Origin: Candidatus Latescibacterota bacterium | GTDB lineage: Bacteria > Latescibacterota > UBA2968 > UBA8231 | Direction of reading: 5' to 3' | DNA length: 64,000 nt | Assembly (NCBI GenBank): GCA_965200315.1 | Contig: OZ241362.1 | Location: 2,304,001-2,368,000 of the forward strand | In this document: positions 18,617 through 28,832 of the stretch, piece after piece | Position numbering within the stretch: position 1 is the first letter of the stretch | How the letters are laid out: each line of letters opens with the position of its first letter | Translations under genes and position numbers: made by a program | The notes under the pieces: model-generated | The model's input: only the letters and a program-made list of their open reading frames with translations | Database searches by the model: none | What the model was told of the DNA's origin: nothing

Positions 18617-20365
18617 ATGGAATTACATCGACTGCATACTTCCCGCGATATGTGTTCTTTCTATTTGCCCATCGTTGCGGTTTTCTTTAGCTGGGGTATG
18701 GCGCTGATCGTGGGGTGCTCAAAAGAAACTTCCGCTCCATCTACAGCAGCCACTACACCCAAGCCCCAATTGGCTAGAAATGCACTACCGAAATTCGTCG
18801 ATGCCACTGCCGCTGCCGGCATCCACTTTGCTCATGTGAATGGTGGCAGTGGTCGTTTCTATTACGTGGAGACCTATGGCTCGGGAGCGGCTTTTATCGA
18901 CTACGACAGCGATGGCGACGAAGACCTATACCTAGTCAATGGGGCCGTATTGCCGGGCTTTTTGGAGCGGCGCAGGCCGAAAAACGTCCTATATCGAAAC
19001 AAGGGGAATGGGAAGTTCGAGGAAATAACAGACAAAGCAGGAGTCGGCGATGAAGGGTATGGCATGGGGGTCTGCGCGGGAGATTACAACAACGACGGTC
19101 ATGTCGATCTTTATGTCACGAACTTCGGTGCCAATGTGTTGTATAGCAATGGCGGCGACGGTTCATTTGTCGATGCGACAGAAACCGCTGGCATTGGCGA
19201 CAAACGCTTGAGTATGAGCGCGGCCTTTGCCGACATCGACAACGATGGCGATCTAGACCTCTACGTTTCCAACAATACCGATTTTACCCTCGAAAACCAC
19301 AAAGAATGCAGGCATGGTTCCATACGCGTCTATTGCGGTCCAGGTCAATACAAGGGGGCATCGGGAATCATGTACCGCAATGAGGGGAATGGAACGTTTG
19401 CCGACGTGACGGCAGAAATGGGCCTTTATAACGACCGCTGTCGTCAACTCGGCGTGGTATTTGGCGATTACGACAACGACGGCGATGCGGATCTGTTTGT
19501 CGCCAATGATATGACTCCGAACTTTCTCTTTCGCAACGAGGGAGGGACGCGGTTTTCCAATATTGGGCTGAATGCTGGCGTCGCCTTCAGCCCGGACGGC
19601 AAACCCGAGGCGGGCATGGGCACGGACTTTGGCGACTACGACAACGACGGATACCTCGACCTCGTCGTCTGCAACTTCCAGTGGGAACACTGTCGCCTGT
19701 TAAAAAACGAGCGAGGCGATGTGTTTAAAGACCAGATACACGAGTCCAAACTGGACGAACCGACCTTCTCGACGTTGACCTTTGGCACGGACTTTCTCGA
19801 CTACGACAACGACGGATACCTCGACCTGTTCCTAGCCAACGGACACGTCGAACCGAATATAGAAATTATCGACCGCGCCGGACCTTCCTACGCGCAGCGG
19901 GATCAACTCTTCCACAACAACAAAGACGGAACCTTCACCGACGTCAGCACCGACTCGCCGGGCTTGGCCACCGCCTCGGTCGGACGCGGATCGGCGACCG
20001 CCGACTACGACAACGACGGCGACCTCGATCTGTTCGTCAGCAACAACAACCAACGTGGCCTGCTGCTGCGCAACGACGGCGGCAACCGCCAGCACTGGCT
20101 GTCGGTACACACGGTGGGCACCCACAGCAACCGCGACGGCATCGGCGCACGCATTCGGGTGATAGCCGGCGGCTCAGAACAGGTCAAAGAAGTGCGATCG
20201 GGCAGTTCGTATCTGTCGCAGAATGCGCTGCGGGTACATTTTGGCTTAGGGACGCACACGCGGGTGAATCGGGTGGAGATTCGCTGGCCGAGTGGGGTTA
20301 AGCAGGTGTTGGAAGGCGTGGCGGCTGATCAATTCCTCACCGTCCGAGAGCCGGAAAAACCATAG
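18617..20365 (+). CDS. CRTAC1-family protein (FG-GAP/VCBS repeats + ASPIC/UnbV domain)
   Basis: Repeated DYDNDGxxDL; SNRDGIGARI, SGSSYLSQN..VHFGLG, IRWPSG; probable lipobox IVGC. Confidence 0.92.
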   Translation: MELHRLHTSRDMCSFYLPIVAVFFSWGMALIVGCSKETSAPSTAATTPKPQLARNALPKFVDATAAAGIHFAHVNGGSGRFYYVETYGSGAAFIDYDSDGDEDLYLVNGAVLPGFLERRRPKNVLYRNKGNGKFEEITDKAGVGDEGYGMGVCAGDYNNDGHVDLYVTNFGANVLYSNGGDGSFVDATETAGIGDKRLSMSAAFADIDNDGDLDLYVSNNTDFTLENHKECRHGSIRVYCGPGQYKGASGIMYRNEGNGTFADVTAEMGLYNDRCRQLGVVFGDYDNDGDADLFVANDMTPNFLFRNEGGTRFSNIGLNAGVAFSPDGKPEAGMGTDFGDYDNDGYLDLVVCNFQWEHCRLLKNERGDVFKDQIHESKLDEPTFSTLTFGTDFLDYDNDGYLDLFLANGHVEPNIEIIDRAGPSYAQRDQLFHNNKDGTFTDVSTDSPGLATASVGRGSATADYDNDGDLDLFVSNNNQRGLLLRNDGGNRQHWLSVHTVGTHSNRDGIGARIRVIAGGSEQVKEVRSGSSYLSQNALRVHFGLGTHTRVNRVEIRWPSGVKQVLEGVAADQFLTVREPEKP

Positions 20366-20386
20366 GACCAAAAGGACAAGGCGAAC

Positions 20387-21922
20387 GTGAAGTGGTCTAA
20401 TAGCGTACTATGGCTGGCGTGGATAACGGCTTTTGGCTGCGGTGGCGCGCTAGAAGAAGCTCCTATCGTAGAGAAAAAGGAAGACCGCACGATAGAAATG
20501 AGTTATTTGGATCGCATTCGCGCCGATTCCAGCGACGTAGCAGCGCACTACGAGTTGGGGGCATTCTATTTAAAACACGCCGTGTATGGGGAAGCACTGC
20601 GATATTTCAGTGAGACCTTCCGCATCGACTCACTGCACGTACGGGCGTTGCTGGGAGCCGGCGAAGTTATGACTCGACAGGGCGAGTTGGAACGGGCGTT
20701 GGCCGTATATCGCCGGGCCATTGCCCTCGCGCCCGACAGCGCCGCGGTCTATCGCCAGCTCGGCCAACTCTATTTGCGCACAGACGACGATAATAGGGCG
20801 CGAGCGACGTTTGCAAAAGCGTTGCAATTAGCACCCGCTTACGCTCCTGCCCACTACAATCTAGGCGTGGCGCATGCCCGCGATCACGACTACAAGACCG
20901 CAGCCCAGCACATGCAGCGAGCACTGGAAATAGACCCCGAGTACGCGCTGGTGTACTACAGTCTGGCGGAGATGTACTGTGCCAAGATGGGGCAATGCAA
21001 ACGGGCTGTGGATATGGCGAGAAAAGCCGTTAAAATAGAACCTAGGCGTGCGCGTTACCACACGGCATTAGGGCACATCTATATGCGATTGAATCGCCAC
21101 GAAGAAGCGCAGGCGGCCTTTCGCGCAGCCATTGAGCGCGATTCGGCGGCTGTAGAGGCCCTAAATGGGCTGGGAATGGTGCTCGCCCAACAGGGCAAAG
21201 AGGCCGAAGCGGCGACCGTACTCGAGAAAAGCATCGCCCTGGACCCGGCCTATCCAGAAGCGCACTTGACCCTGTCCAAAGTGTATATGAAGCAGGGAAA
21301 GGCAGAGGAAGGGCAGAGGCAAATCGGGATGTTCAAGCGCCTTCATCCGCATTTCGATACCATTCGCGATCAGCGTTTGCGCCTCAAAGGCCACGCCGAC
21401 GATGCCGTAGCCCGCTATAACCTAGGAGTGATCTACGCGAAGCTGGGTTTTGCTGAAATGGCTGCTCAAGAGTACAAAGCCTCGCTGAAGATCAACCCCG
21501 CCCAGATACAGGCCTGGCAGAATTTGGGTACGGCCTATATGCGGCTACAGAGGGTTGACGATGCCATCACAGCCTATCGCCAAGCCCTGACTTTAGACGA
21601 GGACTATGCGTTGGCATGGTTTAATCTCGGCAGCGCCTATTTGATGAAAGACTATCCGGTGCAGGCGCGCTCGGCTTATGAGCGCGCTTTGGCAATAAAG
21701 GAAAACTACGTCGATGCGATAAACGGCTTAGGTAATGCCAAACTCCGCGCAGGCAATGTTAGGGAGGCCATCGGCGACTTTAAGGCGGTTTTGCGAGCCG
21801 ATTCTACCTATGTCGGTGCCCATTATAGTTTGGCGGTGGCCTATCGAGAAGTGGGAGACTCCCTTGCGGCTCAGCAGCAGATACGCCTTTTCGCGCACAA
21901 GCAAAAAGAGCGCACCGAGTGA
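20387..21922 (+). CDS. Tetratricopeptide repeat lipoprotein
   Basis: Lipobox-like AFGC; many TPR units (AHYNLG, AWQNLG, AWFNLG). Confidence 0.9.
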   Translation: MKWSNSVLWLAWITAFGCGGALEEAPIVEKKEDRTIEMSYLDRIRADSSDVAAHYELGAFYLKHAVYGEALRYFSETFRIDSLHVRALLGAGEVMTRQGELERALAVYRRAIALAPDSAAVYRQLGQLYLRTDDDNRARATFAKALQLAPAYAPAHYNLGVAHARDHDYKTAAQHMQRALEIDPEYALVYYSLAEMYCAKMGQCKRAVDMARKAVKIEPRRARYHTALGHIYMRLNRHEEAQAAFRAAIERDSAAVEALNGLGMVLAQQGKEAEAATVLEKSIALDPAYPEAHLTLSKVYMKQGKAEEGQRQIGMFKRLHPHFDTIRDQRLRLKGHADDAVARYNLGVIYAKLGFAEMAAQEYKASLKINPAQIQAWQNLGTAYMRLQRVDDAITAYRQALTLDEDYALAWFNLGSAYLMKDYPVQARSAYERALAIKENYVDAINGLGNAKLRAGNVREAIGDFKAVLRADSTYVGAHYSLAVAYREVGDSLAAQQQIRLFAHKQKERTE

Positions 21923-21956
21923 ACTGGACGCGTTGCAACAGTCGCTTTTTGGTCTC

Positions 21957-22031
21957 CGCTGGCCGAGTGGGGTAAAGCAGGTGTTGTAAGACATAGCCGT
22001 TAATCAGTTCCTCACGGTTCAAGAGCCAGAA
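21957..22031 (+). pseudogene. Degenerate copy of the 3' end of a CRTAC1/UnbV gene
   Basis: Reads RWPSGVKQVL*DIAVNQFLTVQEPE versus RWPSGVKQVLEGVAADQFLTVREPE at 20282-20356. Confidence 0.75.
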
Positions 22032-22074
22032 ATCCGCGAAAGGAAAACGCAAAATTGCCGCAATGGAGGTGCTT

Positions 22075-22341
22075 ATGAAACACTGGAGTTTTGTGGGCTG
22101 TGCAGTCATGGGCCTGCTGTGGATTAGCTGTGCGACACTCTCTCAGCTCGAGGCACAGCGTATCGCTATCAATACGGCGTCGCGCGCCCAGCTAGAAACG
22201 CTACCCGGGATAGGGCCGGCAGTGGCTCAGAGGATAATTGAGGGCCGTCCCTATTACAATTCAAAAGGCTTGCTCAACATAAAGGGCATTGATATGCAGC
22301 GCTTAAAGGCAATCGAACCCTATATAACTGTCGTCAAGTAG
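22075..22341 (+). CDS. ComEA-like helix-hairpin-helix protein with signal peptide
   Basis: GGAGG RBS; INTAS..QLETLPGIGPAVAQRII..RPY...LLNIKGI. Confidence 0.85.
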   Translation: MKHWSFVGCAVMGLLWISCATLSQLEAQRIAINTASRAQLETLPGIGPAVAQRIIEGRPYYNSKGLLNIKGIDMQRLKAIEPYITVVK

Positions 22342-22379
22342 CTACCTAACCAACCATGGATGGGATGAAGGAGTACAAA

Positions 22380-22880
22380 ATGAGCGATGAACACATCGGC
22401 CGGGCCGAAGACGTAGTGAACAGCAATTCGCGGCCATCAGACTTGAAGATCACCGATATGCGGCTAGCCGTTGTGTGCAGCAACTACGACTAGCCGCTTA
22501 TTCGCATTGACACCAACCAAGACATCTACGGCATCGGCGAGGTGCGCGACGCTGGGCACAAGGAAGACGCGCTACAGTACAAAGCCAGTTGCTGGGTCAG
22601 AATCCGTGCAATATCGACATGATTTTCCGCTCGATAAAGCAATTTGGCAACTGGGGGCGCTCGGGCGGTGGCGTGTCGGGTATCGAACTGGCACTGTGGG
22701 ATCTGATCGGCAAGGTCTATGGAGTACCCTGCTATCAGTTTCTGGGCGGCAAATACCGCGACAAGGTGCGCCTGTATGCCGACACACCCGAGCCGGAAGA
22801 CCCGACGCCACAAGCTTATGCCGAGCGGGTGAAAGGGCGCATGGACTTAGGCACTGACCTTCATCAAATTCGACATCCGC
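22380..22880 (+). pseudogene. Mandelate racemase/muconate lactonizing (enolase superfamily) pseudogene
   Basis: AAGGAG-ATG 22380, SRPSDLKITDMR, in-frame TAG at 22491, GIGEVRD, frameshift near 22585, SGIELALWDLIGK..GVP.YQFLGGKYRDKVRLYADT, second shift to FIKFD, then truncated. Confidence 0.85.
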
Positions 22881-22901
22881 ATGCCGCGCTACGATGAGCG
22901 T

Positions 22902-23039
22902 GTAGAACGGGCACCGGCGGGCAAGCTGGCGCTAGACGAGGGCGACAAGCGGGAGATCGAAACCTTGCTGGAGACGGCTATATCCTCAAGCGCCGTGGGT
23001 GTTCAGCACCCTAGTAGAACGGGCACCGGCGGGCAAGCT
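22902..23039 (+). repeat. 26-bp exact direct repeat pair
   Basis: GTAGAACGGGCACCGGCGGGCAAGCT at 22902-22927 and 23014-23039. Confidence 0.9.
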
Positions 23040-23182
23040 CGCGGGGGATATCGAGTCGTTTCCGACATTACCGGAGCACTGAGCGGTTGGCTGGGGTGTT
23101 CGACGGGCCGATTATGGTCCAGAACGCCGATATGTCGTACGTCAAGGAGGAGCGGCAGCCCGGTCCTAAACATTGATGAATT

Positions 23183-24541
23183 ATGGACCGCTCTATTCTG
23201 TTCTATAGCCTTTGCATACTCGGCGTTGTGGGCTTGCTCAGCGTGCCCACAGCACGTTCCCTGCTACTGGGGCTCGATGCGCCCGCGCAAAAGGAGAGTA
23301 GGCGCGCGGAGATCGTCTTGGCCGGCTGGGGCAATACGCAGGAAGTGGCCATGCTCAATCAGCTCATGGCCGATTTTGAAGCTGGTAATCCAGACATAAA
23401 GGTCAAGTTCATCCACATCCAGCAAAATTTCAACACCGTGCTGCTGACCATGATGGCCGGAGGGCGCTCGCCCGACATCTTTTACGTAGCACCGACCACT
23501 TTGGGCAGCATGTTGTCTAAAGGGGTGCTCCTCGACTTGGAACCTTATCTGAAAAAGAGCCAAGTCGTCGGCGTTGAGGACTTTTTTCCGCAAACGGTCG
23601 CGCCCTACCGCTGGGACGGCAAGCACTTTGGCCAAGGGCCGATCTACGGGCTGTGCAAAGACTGGTCGCCTGACTTTTTGATTTTCTACAACAAGACCCT
23701 GTTTGACGAGGCAGGTATTCCCCATCCAGACGGCAGTTGGACACGCGAAGAATTCGTGGCTATTGCCCGGCGCTTGACCAAACGCGACGAGCAAGGGCGC
23801 ATCGTCCAGTTTGGCGTTTACAACAACGCCAATCCAGAGCAGTGGATCTGGCAGTCGGGCGGGCGCATCTTCTCCGCCGATCGGATGCGCGTGTTGCTCG
23901 AAAGCCCAGAGGTGATCGAGGCACTGCAATTTGCAGCCGACCTGTCCACGCGCTGGCACGTGGCACCAGGCTACGCCGAGCAGGCGCAGAGTCCGGTAAA
24001 CGTGATGTTCGAGACGGGGCGCATGGCCATGTGTTTTTACGGCCAGTGGTTTGTGCCCCAGTTTCGCAAAAATATCAAGAGCTTTGCGTGGGGAGTCGCG
24101 ACGCCTCCGCGCCACAAAGTAGATATTTATCTGTCCGGCGGCATGGTCGGTTATGGCATATACGCCCATACCAAACACCCACAAGAGGCGTGGCGCTTTA
24201 TGGAATATCTGGTCGGGCCCCAAGGACAGGAGGCCATTGCCAAGATCGGCTGGAATATTCCCGGCCGCCGGGAAACCGCGTACAGCCCTACTTTCGTAGA
24301 AAATCCCACTCTCGATGCGGAGATCACCCAGACCTTTCTCAAGGCCGCGGAGCGCACCGAATTATTTCAGCGCAGCCCCTATATCAATCCCGCCGAATAC
24401 AATCTGCTATTTAATCCAGAGTGGGAACTGGTCATGCTCGGTGAAAAGAGCGTACCTGAGGCCCTAGCAGATGCCTCCCGAAAAATCAACCAAGCCATTC
24501 GCGACAACATGGCTCTGCAGAAGGCCAAGGTGGACGGATGA
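23183..24541 (+). CDS. Sugar ABC transporter substrate-binding protein (CUT1)
   Basis: FEAGNPDIKV, IFYNKTLFDEAGI..P, FETGRMAM, TKHPQEAWRF. Confidence 0.9.
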   Translation: MDRSILFYSLCILGVVGLLSVPTARSLLLGLDAPAQKESRRAEIVLAGWGNTQEVAMLNQLMADFEAGNPDIKVKFIHIQQNFNTVLLTMMAGGRSPDIFYVAPTTLGSMLSKGVLLDLEPYLKKSQVVGVEDFFPQTVAPYRWDGKHFGQGPIYGLCKDWSPDFLIFYNKTLFDEAGIPHPDGSWTREEFVAIARRLTKRDEQGRIVQFGVYNNANPEQWIWQSGGRIFSADRMRVLLESPEVIEALQFAADLSTRWHVAPGYAEQAQSPVNVMFETGRMAMCFYGQWFVPQFRKNIKSFAWGVATPPRHKVDIYLSGGMVGYGIYAHTKHPQEAWRFMEYLVGPQGQEAIAKIGWNIPGRRETAYSPTFVENPTLDAEITQTFLKAAERTELFQRSPYINPAEYNLLFNPEWELVMLGEKSVPEALADASRKINQAIRDNMALQKAKVDG

Positions 24542-25437
24542 AACTCAATCTGCGAGAGAACCTCGAAGGGTATCTCTTCATATCGCCGTGGATTTTGGGC
24601 ATGGTGCTCTTTGCCCTCGGGCCGATACTGGCCAGCTTTGGTTTGGCCTTCACGCGCTGGAACCTCTTTACGGAACCAGAGTACGTGGGATGGGCCAATT
24701 TTCAGAAGCTGGCACACGACCCGCTCTTTTACAAATCGGTGTTCAATACGATCTACTATACGGTTTTTGCCGTACCGCTGGGGCTCGTGCTGGCGCTGGG
24801 ACTGGCCATGCTGGTCAACCACCGCCTGCGCGGGATCAATTTTTTTCGCACGGCTTTTTTTCTGCCCAACGTCGTGGCGGGCATCGCCATGCTATTGCTG
24901 TGGAAATGGCTCTTCGATCCCAATTTTGGCTTGATTAACCTGTTCCTCGACTGGACTGGATTGATGGCAGTGTTGGAGTGGATAGGCATTGGCCGGCCCC
25001 AGTGGCTCTCATCGCGGGCGGGTGCCATGCCGGGCATGATCTTTATGAGTATATGGGGATTGGGCGGATCGATGATGATCTTTCTCGCTGGCCTACAGAA
25101 TATTCCCCGCGAATTGCTCGAAGCGGCGGAACTGGACGGGGCCGGGCCGTGGAAGCGCTTTAGATACGTCACCGTGCCGCTGCTGACCCCGACGATTTTT
25201 TTCCTGACGATGGTCGGCGTGATTGCCTCGCTACAGATCTTTAACCAAGCCTATGTCATGACCGAGGGCGGGCCAGCACACGCGACCTTGTTCTACGTCC
25301 TGTATCTCTTTCAAACGGCCTTCGAGCGATTCGAGATGGGCTATGCCTGCGCCATGGCCTTGGTCCTTTTTATAATCACGCTGACCGTCTCGCTGATCCA
25401 ACTAGCGATGGGCAAAAAATGGGTACACTACCAATGA
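24538..25437 (+). CDS. Sugar ABC transporter permease
   Basis: FLAGLQNIP..LLEAAELDGA EAA motif; multiple TM helices. Confidence 0.93.
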   Translation: MKLNLRENLEGYLFISPWILGMVLFALGPILASFGLAFTRWNLFTEPEYVGWANFQKLAHDPLFYKSVFNTIYYTVFAVPLGLVLALGLAMLVNHRLRGINFFRTAFFLPNVVAGIAMLLLWKWLFDPNFGLINLFLDWTGLMAVLEWIGIGRPQWLSSRAGAMPGMIFMSIWGLGGSMMIFLAGLQNIPRELLEAAELDGAGPWKRFRYVTVPLLTPTIFFLTMVGVIASLQIFNQAYVMTEGGPAHATLFYVLYLFQTAFERFEMGYACAMALVLFIITLTVSLIQLAMGKKWVHYQ

Positions 25438-26276
25438 GCAGCACTTCTGGGGACACCCTGTCGCTGCGACGCCAGCTCATCCTCTACGCCGCGCTATCCT
25501 TTCTGGCGTTTTGGTTTCTGGTGCCTTTTGTCTGGATGCTCATCACCTCGGTCAAGATGCCAGACGAAGTTTTTTCCCGGCTCCTGCCCTCAGTGCTGCA
25601 TCTAGCCAATTTCGCGGAGATTTTCAATCAACCGACGTTGCCCTTCGGGCGCTATTTTCTCAACAGCACGATCATCACGGTTTTTGGTACGGGGGCGAGT
25701 CTTTTTGCTTCCTCTATTGTGGCTTATGCTTTTGCCCGCCTGAATTTCTTTGGCCGCGACGTGCTATTCGTCGCCGTGCTATCGACCATGATGCTGCCGA
25801 TCGCGGTGACCATGATCCCGACGTTTGTGCTCTTCCAGAAGCTGGGCTGGGTAGATACATTTCTCCCCTTTTTGGCACCAGCCTGTACGGGCAATGCCTT
25901 CCAGATATTCTTTTTGCGCCAGTTTTTTAAGACCCTGCCAATAGATTTGATCGACGCCGCACGCATAGACGGGTGCTCGAATCTGCGCATCTGTCTGTCG
26001 ATTGCCATGCCACTGGCCAAGCCAACGCTGGCGACGCTAGCCATTCTCAGCTTTCTCGGCCTCTGGAACGACTTTATGGGGCCGCTCATTTACCTGCACA
26101 GCAACGAGAAGCGCACGCTGGCGCTAGGGCTGAATGCCTTTGCCGGCATGTACGGCACACAGTGGCATCTGCTCATGGCCGCTTCTGTAGCCGCGACCGT
26201 GCCCATTCTGGTGGTCTTTTTTATGGGGCAGCGCTACTTCGAGCGCGGGCTGGTGATGACGGGGATGAAGGGATAA
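25434..26276 (+). CDS. Sugar ABC transporter permease
   Basis: ATGA overlap with the previous gene; RQFFKTLP.DLIDAARIDG, WNDFMGPL. Confidence 0.93.
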   Translation: MSSTSGDTLSLRRQLILYAALSFLAFWFLVPFVWMLITSVKMPDEVFSRLLPSVLHLANFAEIFNQPTLPFGRYFLNSTIITVFGTGASLFASSIVAYAFARLNFFGRDVLFVAVLSTMMLPIAVTMIPTFVLFQKLGWVDTFLPFLAPACTGNAFQIFFLRQFFKTLPIDLIDAARIDGCSNLRICLSIAMPLAKPTLATLAILSFLGLWNDFMGPLIYLHSNEKRTLALGLNAFAGMYGTQWHLLMAASVAATVPILVVFFMGQRYFERGLVMTGMKG

Positions 26277-26389
26277 CGCGCCTTCGTGGACGGATTGACA
26301 TCAAGGTAAGAAGATAGGACGATGCCTGAAGACAGTGGTATCTTCGCCAGCTCGGATAGATGAGATGAGTTGGGTTTTGTCGATCATGA

Positions 26390-27307
26390 TCAATCCGCAT
26401 TTTTAAGCTGCCCTAAAACGTCCATCCCCACCCGTCGACTCCACGCCTCCATCACCCGATGGAATAGAGGACCGGGCTTTCCGTCGCCAATCGGCGTATT
26501 GTTGATGCGCGTACACGGCGCTAGGCAATAGGGAGTGCTCGTCAACCAAGCCTCGTCGGCATTGACCGCGTCGTAGGGCTGCAAATCCTTATCGACCCAG
26601 CCCAGCCCCAACTCAGGTGCCAATTCCCGCAGCGTCACCAAACTCACCCCTTCCAGTATGTTGCGGCTAGTAGGTGTAAAGATCGTATCGTTTTCTACCA
26701 TGACGAAGTTGGCCCCCGAGCACTCGGTGAGGTTGCCGTCCAAGTCGAGCAGCAGCGAAGTGGCGGCCGGATCGACTGCCTGCGATTGCTTGTCGGCCAG
26801 CCAATAGTGTAAGCGCGAGCGGTTTTTGGTCTTGGGGTCAACGCATTGGGGCGGCACGTGGCGGATGGAGGGCGTGACCGCGTGGACACCCTGCTCAAAA
26901 TAGGACCGCCACACGGCAAAGGGCAGCGGAAAGGAGTGGATGCACAACGTGGGCGTCAGACGCACCGATTTCCCCGCGCTGCCGGCGTAGATTTGGTTTT
27001 CCCCGGGCGTTACAAAGTGGACGACTCCCAAATCCTGCTCGGGACCGATCAGTTTACTATTGGTCCCGATCAAGGTCCGCGTACATTCGACCAATCCCTC
27101 GTGGTCCAGTGCCAGCTCGATACCGGCGTATTTACACGACCGCAAAAGCCGCCGCACGTGCTCCTCCAAGCGGAACGGTTCGTGCCGGAACGTGCGGGTC
27201 ATTTCGGTCAGGGTTGCCCCCAGTACGATCCCCAAATCGTAGATATTGATATGGGCCTCGGAAGCGGGGACGAAGCCATCGTTGAGATAGACGATCGGTT
27301 CATTCAT
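26390..27307 (-). CDS. Aminotransferase class IV (BCAT/D-amino acid/ADC lyase family)
   Basis: FRLEEH..RL, K..SRLHY, ECSGANF, ILEGVS, DEAWLTST, IGDGKPGP. Confidence 0.9.
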   Translation of the reverse strand: MNEPIVYLNDGFVPASEAHINIYDLGIVLGATLTEMTRTFRHEPFRLEEHVRRLLRSCKYAGIELALDHEGLVECTRTLIGTNSKLIGPEQDLGVVHFVTPGENQIYAGSAGKSVRLTPTLCIHSFPLPFAVWRSYFEQGVHAVTPSIRHVPPQCVDPKTKNRSRLHYWLADKQSQAVDPAATSLLLDLDGNLTECSGANFVMVENDTIFTPTSRNILEGVSLVTLRELAPELGLGWVDKDLQPYDAVNADEAWLTSTPYCLAPCTRINNTPIGDGKPGPLFHRVMEAWSRRVGMDVLGQLKNAD

Positions 27308-27392
27308 AGCTCGTTATTCTCTTCTCTTAATCGTCTGAATGCCCCCAGCGGCAACGCATCCGCAGATGGGCGCAGAGGAGAGATGATGTCTC

Positions 27393-28205
27393 TCAGTTTT
27401 CAGACGGGTCCTGTGAATCCAAAGCGGCGCAGGCGACGTAAAAATCGCCCGTTGAGGTGGAAAAACCATGCACTTGCTCAACCTCGCGCACAGCCAATTC
27501 CGTGGCCCACCGCACCTTTAGTGTATCGGGAAATTCCACTCCGTCCGTGGCATCCCGCACCAAAATGGTGTTATAGCCCCGCCCGCGCATGGCGCGAATC
27601 CCGTAGTCGCGGCCCAATATACACCAGTTGGTCGCAAAGCCAGCGAAAAGCAAATGCAGCATGCCGCGCTCTTGGCACAAATCGTGCAGTTGCTGGCCCG
27701 TGCCCACCACAAAGTCGCCTTCCGCCACGGCGATATGGGGCGAAAGATCGAGTTGCCCGGTTAAGCTCTCCCAATAGGGACCAATGCCCGGCTCTTGGTC
27801 GCGCGGTCCGCGGAAACAGGCATATACTCCCTGCCGGTTGCGGAACTCAGCCGGCGGCCAACTCGGCGGCGGCCCCGGCTCAGGCGCGGGTGTGCAGCCT
27901 TGGTACACTTCGTACTTATCCGGGAAATTGGCCAAAACTCCGGGACTGGGTGCCTGTACAATGGTCAGGCCGCATTCCCGCGCCCGCCCGATGAGCGGCG
28001 CAATCACCTCTTTGGTCACCGCCTCGGCGCGCTCGATCCAGCTATCGATGTGATGCACGTTCCACAGGTCAATCAGCACCAGCGCGGTCTGCTCGACCGG
28101 CAGGGCAAAGTCCAACTCCCGCACGACGAAATTTTCCTCGCGGCAGGGCACTTCCTTGGGCGTGCTGTCTTGGAAGTATTGCACTTTCAGTTGCAAAGTC
28201 GCCAT
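27393..28205 (-). CDS. Isochorismatase-family cysteine hydrolase
   Basis: TALVLIDLWN, AGFATNWCI, LVRDAT. Confidence 0.8.
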   Translation of the reverse strand: MATLQLKVQYFQDSTPKEVPCREENFVVRELDFALPVEQTALVLIDLWNVHHIDSWIERAEAVTKEVIAPLIGRARECGLTIVQAPSPGVLANFPDKYEVYQGCTPAPEPGPPPSWPPAEFRNRQGVYACFRGPRDQEPGIGPYWESLTGQLDLSPHIAVAEGDFVVGTGQQLHDLCQERGMLHLLFAGFATNWCILGRDYGIRAMRGRGYNTILVRDATDGVEFPDTLKVRWATELAVREVEQVHGFSTSTGDFYVACAALDSQDPSEN

Positions 28206-28216
28206 GGCCTCTCCTC

Positions 28217-28822
28217 TTATCGCAACTCCGCGATCATGTCGTAATTGTTGGTGCCACCGGCCTCAAACTCGCCCACGCGCTGAAAACCGAATTTGGTGTA
28301 GAAGTGGACGGCGCGGGGATTGTCGGCGCGCACACCACCCCACAGCAGCAGGCGCTGCCGCCCCAGCCGTGGCAATAGCCCGAGCAGATGTTGCATCATC
28401 AAACTGCCCAACCCTTGGCCTTGGTACTCGTCGACCACCGAAGGGGCCAAGGTGCAATCGGTCTCGTCGTGCAAGGCCAAGCCCAATGCCTCGTAGCGCT
28501 GGCGATCCCCGGCCCGTACGCCTAGCTCGACGACGAAATACGCCACAATGCGCTCGACCCCCTCCTCCTCGACCCAAGCCAGCATGCGTAGCGTGTGGGC
28601 GCTATCTAACGCAGCGCAAAAGCCATCGGCTGTCTCTTGGTCAAACGGGTGCGGCCCGTACACCCGACGAGTGGCTAGCGACAAGCCGGTGAAGTACGCG
28701 CCTAACTCTGCGGCCTGATCGGCGCGCAAAGGACGGAAGTAAACCCATTGGCCCGAAGCCAACACCTCGCTGGACGAGACCAGATCGGGTTGCGCATCTA
28801 TAGTACTGGGGTCAATCCGCAT
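28217..28822 (-). CDS. GNAT N-acetyltransferase
   Basis: V.DEYQGQGLGS, N.RA..FY.KFGF. Confidence 0.88.
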   Translation of the reverse strand: MRIDPSTIDAQPDLVSSSEVLASGQWVYFRPLRADQAAELGAYFTGLSLATRRVYGPHPFDQETADGFCAALDSAHTLRMLAWVEEEGVERIVAYFVVELGVRAGDRQRYEALGLALHDETDCTLAPSVVDEYQGQGLGSLMMQHLLGLLPRLGRQRLLLWGGVRADNPRAVHFYTKFGFQRVGEFEAGGTNNYDMIAELR

Positions 28823-28832
28823 GAAAACGCCG

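Noticed and set aside
22881-23399. 172-aa ORF spanning the scrambled junction
   Set aside because: Chimeric read-through that overlaps the ABC binding-protein gene out of frame.
26846-27994. 382-aa + strand ORF and other long antisense ORFs (e.g. 23264-24223, 32495-33544, 59329-60276)
   Set aside because: Shadow frames of well-supported genes in GC-rich DNA; no motifs.
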